Shown piece by piece: positions 43,722-44,234 of a DNA stretch of 44,234 nucleotides. The first letter of the stretch is position 1. Each line of letters starts with the position of its first letter. The position numbers and the translations under genes are program-made. The stretch lies in sequence record OZ035734.1. One strand, 5' to 3'. The notes below the pieces were generated by a model. The model saw only the letters and a program-made list of their open reading frames with translations, was not told the DNA's origin and made no database searches. The stretch is from Kagunavirus NRG857CP3.

Positions 43722-44234
43722 ATGAAACTTACACTTAAGCAACCATCACCTGAGGTGGTGCAAGCTGCACATGAAGAGGCTGTTAGCGCCAACCGTCGCC
43801 GTAAACGGCCACGCGGCAAACAGAGCCTTTACCAGTCATCCCGTAATTCCGCTGCATTGTGGAACCCGGACTATTGCGACGAGTTAATCAGGTTCTTTGA
43901 CCGTAACTCGTGGGAACTCGTACCTACGTCCAAGGGTGACGAACGCCCGCTGATTCAGGATAAGCCCCCGTCACTGGCCCGCTTCGCCTTACACATCGGC
44001 GTCACTATCCCTATTATTAAGCTGTGGCTGCGTGAGATTCCGGCGTTTGCAGAAGCCTATGAGACCGCACAGGCGCTGGAAGAGGCCTATTTCACTGAGA
44101 CAGGGGCTGCGGGCATCTCCGCTACGTTTGCTGCCGCTAAGCTGGGGCTGAGCAAAGAGAAACCTGTTGAATCTACCGAAGAAACGGCTCCGACTGAGAT
44201 TGTGTTCACCGTGGCGGAGCCTGTGGGTAAAATC
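43722..44234 (+). CDS. terminase small subunit (putative), 3'-truncated by window edge
   Basis: ATG after AGGGGG RBS, open to end of window; basic N-terminus; position upstream of terL across the wrap. Confidence 0.45.
   Translation, partial: MKLTLKQPSPEVVQAAHEEAVSANRRRKRPRGKQSLYQSSRNSAALWNPDYCDELIRFFDRNSWELVPTSKGDERPLIQDKPPSLARFALHIGVTIPIIKLWLREIPAFAEAYETAQALEEAYFTETGAAGISATFAAAKLGLSKEKPVESTEETAPTEIVFTVAEPVGKI

Noticed and set aside
1-44234. tRNA genes, CRISPR arrays, integrase or transposase
   Set aside because: No cloverleaf-compatible sequences with conserved tRNA motifs were seen in the intergenic regions, no regularly spaced direct repeats, and no tyrosine or serine recombinase or DDE motifs among the ORFs. 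This was judged by eye and should be confirmed with tRNAscan-SE and a CRISPR finder.

Overview
This window reads as a near-complete, densely coded tailed dsDNA phage genome with siphovirus-type organisation; the 5' part of a terminase small subunit gene at the 3' edge (43722..44234) implies the genome wraps round to terL at the window start. All calls rest on reading motifs and gene order by eye, with no database search. CDS coordinates follow the supplied ORF track; hand-derived coordinates for promoters, terminators and small ORFs may be off by 1-3 nt. Layout: (1) 0-25 kb, plus strand: late/structural module (terL, portal, head morphogenesis, spanin pair, scaffold, major capsid, connector proteins, major tail protein, chaperone pair with a probable -1 frameshift, tape measure, tail tip proteins, beta-helix tailspike). 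(2) 25-36 kb, minus strand: replication/recombination module (SNF2 helicase, VRR-NUC, family A DNA polymerase, SSB-like protein, Cas4-like nuclease, primase-helicase), with one lone plus-strand XRE HTH regulator. (3) 36-44 kb, plus strand: many small accessory ORFs, a holin/holin-like/endolysin cassette and terS. Three minus-strand cassettes sit inside the structural module, each with its own promoter-leader element and a palindromic terminator. The most notable candidates are a 4-gene island (membrane protein, HTH-metallophosphoesterase, Pnk-like HAD phosphatase, dNMP-kinase-like P-loop protein), proposed as a nucleic-acid end-healing or nucleotide-processing module, and two paralogous structured leader/ncRNA elements, each between a promoter and a terminator. 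No tRNA, CRISPR array, integrase or transposase was seen.
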